Source: Acidimicrobiia bacterium (lineage in GTDB: Bacteria; Actinomycetota; Acidimicrobiia; Spongiisociales; ZC4RG35). From it: 64,000 nt of DNA. This document shows positions 60,434-64,000 of the stretch, in pieces; positions within the stretch are counted from its first letter, which is position 1, and every line of letters begins with the position of its first letter. The stretch spans positions 5,026 through 69,025 of the forward strand of contig DASTOM010000005.1 of assembly GCA_035762545.1 (NCBI GenBank), read 5' to 3'. Both the position numbers and the translations under genes were made by a program. The notes under the pieces were generated by a model. The model did no database searches. It had not been told where the DNA came from and worked only from the letters and a program-made list of their open reading frames with translations.

Positions 60434-62341
60434 TTGAGTCTCACGTCTGCGTTTGTCGCTGGTGCGGTCCGGTTCTCCAATTGGCTGAATCCGGTCACCT
60501 CCGGCCCGGCGGCCCCCCTGGCGGCGGGAGCCGGGCTCGACTCGTTCGCCCCCTCTCTCATGCCCCGGAGTTCGGTTCATCAGGGGATCGCCACGGGGCT
60601 GGCCGTGTTGTCCGCACGAGCAGTGGGCTCATCTGTCGACTCGATCGCCACCCGCTTCGCACCCGACAGTTCACCTCTGGCCTGGAGGCTCGCCGTGCGA
60701 GGAGTGCTGGTGGCGGGCGGCTCGATGCTTGCCAGCATGGAAGAGTCCGACGACGACTCGACGGGCCGGGCCTCGGTGCGCACTGCCGGCCGTCTCGTGG
60801 CAGTTGGAGCGGCCGGAGGAATGATTCACGAGATCGGCACGGACCTCTCCAAGAAGACCGAGATCCCGCTTGTGCCGATCGTCACCGGGATCGGGGGGTT
60901 CGCCTACCTGGCGTCGAGATGGGCGCGTGAGCTCGACACCCGAAATGCCGTCGTGCAGCGCTGGCGTGAGGAAGACAAGCCCGCTGACCTACCACGCTCG
61001 CTGTTGATCGGTGTGGCGGTATCCAGCCTCGGCCGGCTGGGAGCGCTCGGGTTCAGGACATCGAGAGACTCGTTGGCCGGGTACATGGGCGACTCTCCGG
61101 CACACCGTGCGATTGGCCGGGCTTTCAACATGGCAATGTGGACGGCTGGGGCAGTGACCGCCTATCGGATGCTGGTGGCCCGATTGGCTCGCCTCAACTC
61201 GAAGGTGGAGCCCGCCTTCTCCGAGCTTCCTTCGAGTGAGCACGTGTCGGGAGGGCCGCGCAGCATCTCACCATTCGAGGAGCTGGGGCTTCAGGGGCGT
61301 CGCTTCGTACATGAGGTGGTTCCCAGGGACGTGATCGAAGCGACCCTGGGGGAACCAGCACTGGCCGACCCGGTCAGGGCGTACGTAGGTGTCGAGAGCG
61401 AGCCGCTGTACGCCACGGCTCGATCAGAGATGGCTCTCGAGGAGATGGAGCGCCTGGGCGCGTTCGAACGGAAGTATCTGTTGCTTCTCTCACCCACGGG
61501 CACAGGCTGGGTCGACCACACGGTCGTCGAATCCGCTGAGATCCTCACACGTGGTGACATCGCAACCGTCGCCATCCAGTACGGAAGGGCGCCCTCGTTC
61601 GTAGAGGTGCAGAACGTCTCCTTGGGACGGGCTCAGTTCCGTCAACTGCTCTGGGGTGTGCGACAGCGCCTGATATCCGTTCCCAAGGAGCAGAGACCGA
61701 TAATCCTCGTGTTCGGTGAGAGCCTGGGCGCCTGGACCAGCTCCGACGTGGTCATGCATCAGGGCATCGAGGGCTTCGAGCATTACGGAATCGATCGGGC
61801 TCTGTGGTTTGGTCTGCCCGGGTTGGCCAAGTGGTCCCGGACCGGGATGAGGGAGGGTCGCAACCCGTTGATGCCTGAAGGCACTGTAGGTGCCTTCGAT
61901 CGGTTCGAGCAGTACGAGATGCTCACCGACGAGCAGATGGAGGCCCTCCGGGCCATCATCGTCGATCACGACAATGACCCGATCGCCCAGATCTCGCTGC
62001 GCCTCGCGGTGAAACGCCCATCTTGGCTGGACGGTTCACGGGGCCGGGGTGTGCACGAGGGCATGAAATGGACCCCGGTGATCACCTTCACTCAGGTGCT
62101 GGTTGACGCCATGAACGCGATGGTCGTGATCCCCGGGGAGTTCAAGTCCTTCGGTCACGACTACCGGGCCGACACCGGACGGTTCGTCCAGGCTGCTTTC
62201 GGCCTGCGTGGAATCGACGAGAAGCAGTTCGTCAATCTGGAGGCAACCCTGGCCGCTCGCGAGCTCGATCGATCGGCACGAATCAAAGGGGCTCCCGACG
62301 ACGACCTGGTTCCTGCGGCAACGGCCGGCGGGGTCCAGTGA
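60434..62341 (+). CDS. Membrane-anchored alpha/beta-hydrolase-fold protein (uncharacterised family)
   Basis: 635 aa. N-terminal about 230 aa holds several TM helices. C-terminal 'ILVFGESLGAWTSSD' resembles a GxSxG nucleophile elbow. Start uncertain. Confidence 0.55.
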   Translation: MSLTSAFVAGAVRFSNWLNPVTSGPAAPLAAGAGLDSFAPSLMPRSSVHQGIATGLAVLSARAVGSSVDSIATRFAPDSSPLAWRLAVRGVLVAGGSMLASMEESDDDSTGRASVRTAGRLVAVGAAGGMIHEIGTDLSKKTEIPLVPIVTGIGGFAYLASRWARELDTRNAVVQRWREEDKPADLPRSLLIGVAVSSLGRLGALGFRTSRDSLAGYMGDSPAHRAIGRAFNMAMWTAGAVTAYRMLVARLARLNSKVEPAFSELPSSEHVSGGPRSISPFEELGLQGRRFVHEVVPRDVIEATLGEPALADPVRAYVGVESEPLYATARSEMALEEMERLGAFERKYLLLLSPTGTGWVDHTVVESAEILTRGDIATVAIQYGRAPSFVEVQNVSLGRAQFRQLLWGVRQRLISVPKEQRPIILVFGESLGAWTSSDVVMHQGIEGFEHYGIDRALWFGLPGLAKWSRTGMREGRNPLMPEGTVGAFDRFEQYEMLTDEQMEALRAIIVDHDNDPIAQISLRLAVKRPSWLDGSRGRGVHEGMKWTPVITFTQVLVDAMNAMVVIPGEFKSFGHDYRADTGRFVQAAFGLRGIDEKQFVNLEATLAARELDRSARIKGAPDDDLVPAATAGGVQ

Positions 62342-62710
62342 CCCCGACACCCTGAGGTGGGAGCGGGCTGCCCCAACGGCGGCCTCTCCGCTCATCGATC
62401 TCCGGGATAGAAGCGCCCAGGCATTTGCCCGCAGGCAGCCTCTATTGGCGACCACAACGAGTAGTCGGCCTGCTCGTCTACGCATGGAGCGCCGCACGGC
62501 AGGTGGTCCGGCAGTCACTCTGGGTGAGATCCCGCTAAAACCGTCCCGAGGGATATTCTTGAGTAAGGAAGTCCGGGCAGCCCTTTCGGTCAGCACTTCC
62601 ATCACGTCGGTGGGGGCGCGGTGGACCCTGCCAGGCCACGAGGCTGTCGGATAAAGGGCGAGGGTTGCGGCGGGGGCCAGGTACAGGTCCCCGCCGTTCC
62701 GCTTAGGTCG

Positions 62711-62739
62711 TTGACATGGGGGGTCTTTGGGTCATATCT
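62711..62739 (+). promoter_or_regulatory. Candidate promoter TTGACA-N17-(C)ATATCT upstream of the Thr-rich protein gene
   Basis: Direct inspection. RBS GAAAGG lies about 9 nt before the TTG start at 62777. Confidence 0.3.
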
Positions 62740-62776
62740 TGCGTTGGCGGCGCGGCGGGAAGAAAGGTAGACCCGT

Positions 62777-63472
62777 TTGCCCCAGCCATTCGGCCGTGAC
62801 AACCTCTCGCCTGAGGAACTCGCCCGTCAGCTCGCCGAGCACCTTGCTCAGACCAGTGGCCCCGCGCGCCGGTTCTCACTGCGCAGCAGCGTTCTCGTGG
62901 GGCGTCTCATCTCTGGTGTGCTCATCATGGGAACGGCTGCGATTGCCGTCGTGGCAGTCGTGTTCGGTGCGAATTGGCTTCTCGACCGCACCTCCCGGAA
63001 CGCACCTGAAGTCCTGGCCATCGCACCCATCTCCAATTCGGCTACCGGCTACTCGTCGACCACCACAACACTGGGATCCGATTTTCTCCTGGCGGTGGTG
63101 ACGACTGGAGGCAGCTCCGGGTCGGATCTGCCGACCGAGTTCGTTGGCGCGGCATCGTTCCTCCCCGCGCTGCCTGCCCCCACTACCACGACCACGGTTC
63201 CGGCCTCCGCCACCACGAGCACCCCGGAATCCGCCGGCTCCACGGCCGGATCGGCGCCCACGACGACTCGCCCAGCGGTGACCACAACGTCGACTGCTCC
63301 TCTTCCAGCACCGACTCTTCCGACGACAACGACCACATCGACGACGACCACCACAACAGCCGAGGCCACCACGACGACCGTCGCCGCTACATCGACAACG
63401 GATGAAGCCACCACCACCACGTGTGGCGGCAACAACGGTGGTGGTAGCGGTAGTGGCCCATGTGGCCCTTAG
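62777..63472 (+). CDS. Thr/Ser-rich (mucin-like) membrane-anchored protein with C-terminal Cys/Gly tail
   Basis: TTG start. One TM ('VLVGRLISGVLIMGTAAIAVVAVVF'), then long T/S/P/A low-complexity tracts ending 'TTTTCGGNNGGGSGSGPCGP'. Confidence 0.5.
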   Translation: MPQPFGRDNLSPEELARQLAEHLAQTSGPARRFSLRSSVLVGRLISGVLIMGTAAIAVVAVVFGANWLLDRTSRNAPEVLAIAPISNSATGYSSTTTTLGSDFLLAVVTTGGSSGSDLPTEFVGAASFLPALPAPTTTTTVPASATTSTPESAGSTAGSAPTTTRPAVTTTSTAPLPAPTLPTTTTTSTTTTTTAEATTTTVAATSTTDEATTTTCGGNNGGGSGSGPCGP

Positions 63473-63745
63473 GGAACTGTCCCGTGCACGTCGGCGTCTA
63501 AGGCGAGGTCGATCGAGCCACGGGTTCGATTTGGTACGCGCGCAGACAGATACATAGAATCTGTTCGGTCCCCGAGCCCGCACTGCTGCGTGCTCGTCAG
63601 GGGACAGGCGAGTCCTTCGGGCTCGCTACGCAAGGTTTCACAACAGGAACGGCGACTGGCTATGCCACGACCCCGTCGTTCCACGAGTCTCCCGTGGGAA
63701 ACTCGAACGCCTCGGCCCGAGCCGAGGGGCCGTGTAAGGAGCAAA

Positions 63746-64000
63746 ATGCCGACGATCGAGCAACTTGTCCGCGAGGGCAGGAAGCCAAAGAAGAAGAAGG
63801 TCAAGACCGCGGGTCTGGCCGGGGCGCCTCAGCGTCGCGGTGTCTGTACCCGTGTCTACACCGTCACGCCGAAGAAGCCGAACTCGGCTCTTCGCAAGGT
63901 GTGTCGCGTCCGTCTCTCCTCTGGAGTCGAGGTCACTGCGTACATCCCGGGTGAGGGTCACAACCTCCAGGAGCACAGCATGGTGCTCGTCCGTGGTGGT
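63746..64000 (+). CDS. rpsL: 30S ribosomal protein S12 (3'-truncated by window end)
   Basis: '[18 protein letters not shown]...[19 protein letters not shown]'. RBS AAGGAG. Continues past the window. Confidence 0.95.
   Translation, partial: MPTIEQLVREGRKPKKKKVKTAGLAGAPQRRGVCTRVYTVTPKKPNSALRKVCRVRLSSGVEVTAYIPGEGHNLQEHSMVLVRGG

Noticed and set aside
62540-62600. RNase P RNA-like P4 motif 'AGGAAGTCCGGGC'
   Set aside because: Only this one short motif matches. The other universally conserved RNase P elements (for example GGGUGAAA..GGUGCGGUAAGAGCGCACC and ACAGAACCCGGCUUA) are absent. Too little sequence remains before the downstream promoter and gene to hold a 350-400-nt RNA.
63510-63535. tRNA-like T-loop 'GGTTCGATT' in the rpsL leader
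   Set aside because: No complementary T-stem, acceptor stem or anticodon arm could be built around it. An isolated motif.

Overview
High-GC (about 67%) actinobacterial-type chromosomal segment, densely packed with housekeeping and accessory genes. Many adjacent genes have 4-nt start/stop overlaps (ATGA/GTGA/TTGA). No rRNA, tRNA, CRISPR array, transposase or integrase was recognised. Main content, in order:
- An HbhA-like Lys/Ala/Pro-repeat protein with an adjacent XRE regulator.
- VIT iron transporter, M20D amidohydrolase, glnE and nadE.
- A class IV aminotransferase, mgtE, greA, OsmC and DUF302.
- selD followed by a thioredoxin-like [2Fe-2S] ferredoxin and an alpha/beta hydrolase.
- A penicillin-acylase-family Ntn hydrolase.
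- A complete caa3-type cytochrome oxidase locus: ctaB, a thioredoxin-fold lipoprotein, ctaC with a fused cytochrome c domain, ctaD with an unusual C-terminal extension, ctaE and a Bacillus-type subunit IV.
- Serine-pathway-like class V aminotransferase plus phosphoglycerate dehydrogenase.
- Two LLM/F420-type oxidoreductases, ybdK-type GCS2 ligase, tag and lhgO.
- A membrane-anchored sulfite-oxidase-family Mo-enzyme, rhodanese and a 5'-3' exonuclease.
- An fbaA-nhaA operon with a previously uncalled zinc-ribbon small ORF.
- MFS transporter, nucS and trmL.
- M20 dipeptidase, site-2 protease, acyl-CoA dehydrogenase and whiB.
- A RimK / DUF785 / AstE-AspA-family cluster.
- hsp20, cupin, APH-family kinase and VanW.
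- rpoB-rpoC, a membrane alpha/beta hydrolase, a Thr-rich surface protein, and the start of rpsL.

The most notable non-genic signal is a roughly 50-125 bp palindromic intergenic repeat with a CCCGGGGT...GCCCATATAYGGG...TCCGCTCA core. It is present three times, at about 14.6, 24.5 and 40.4 kb.

All family assignments come from motif and architecture recognition by eye. No database searches were run.
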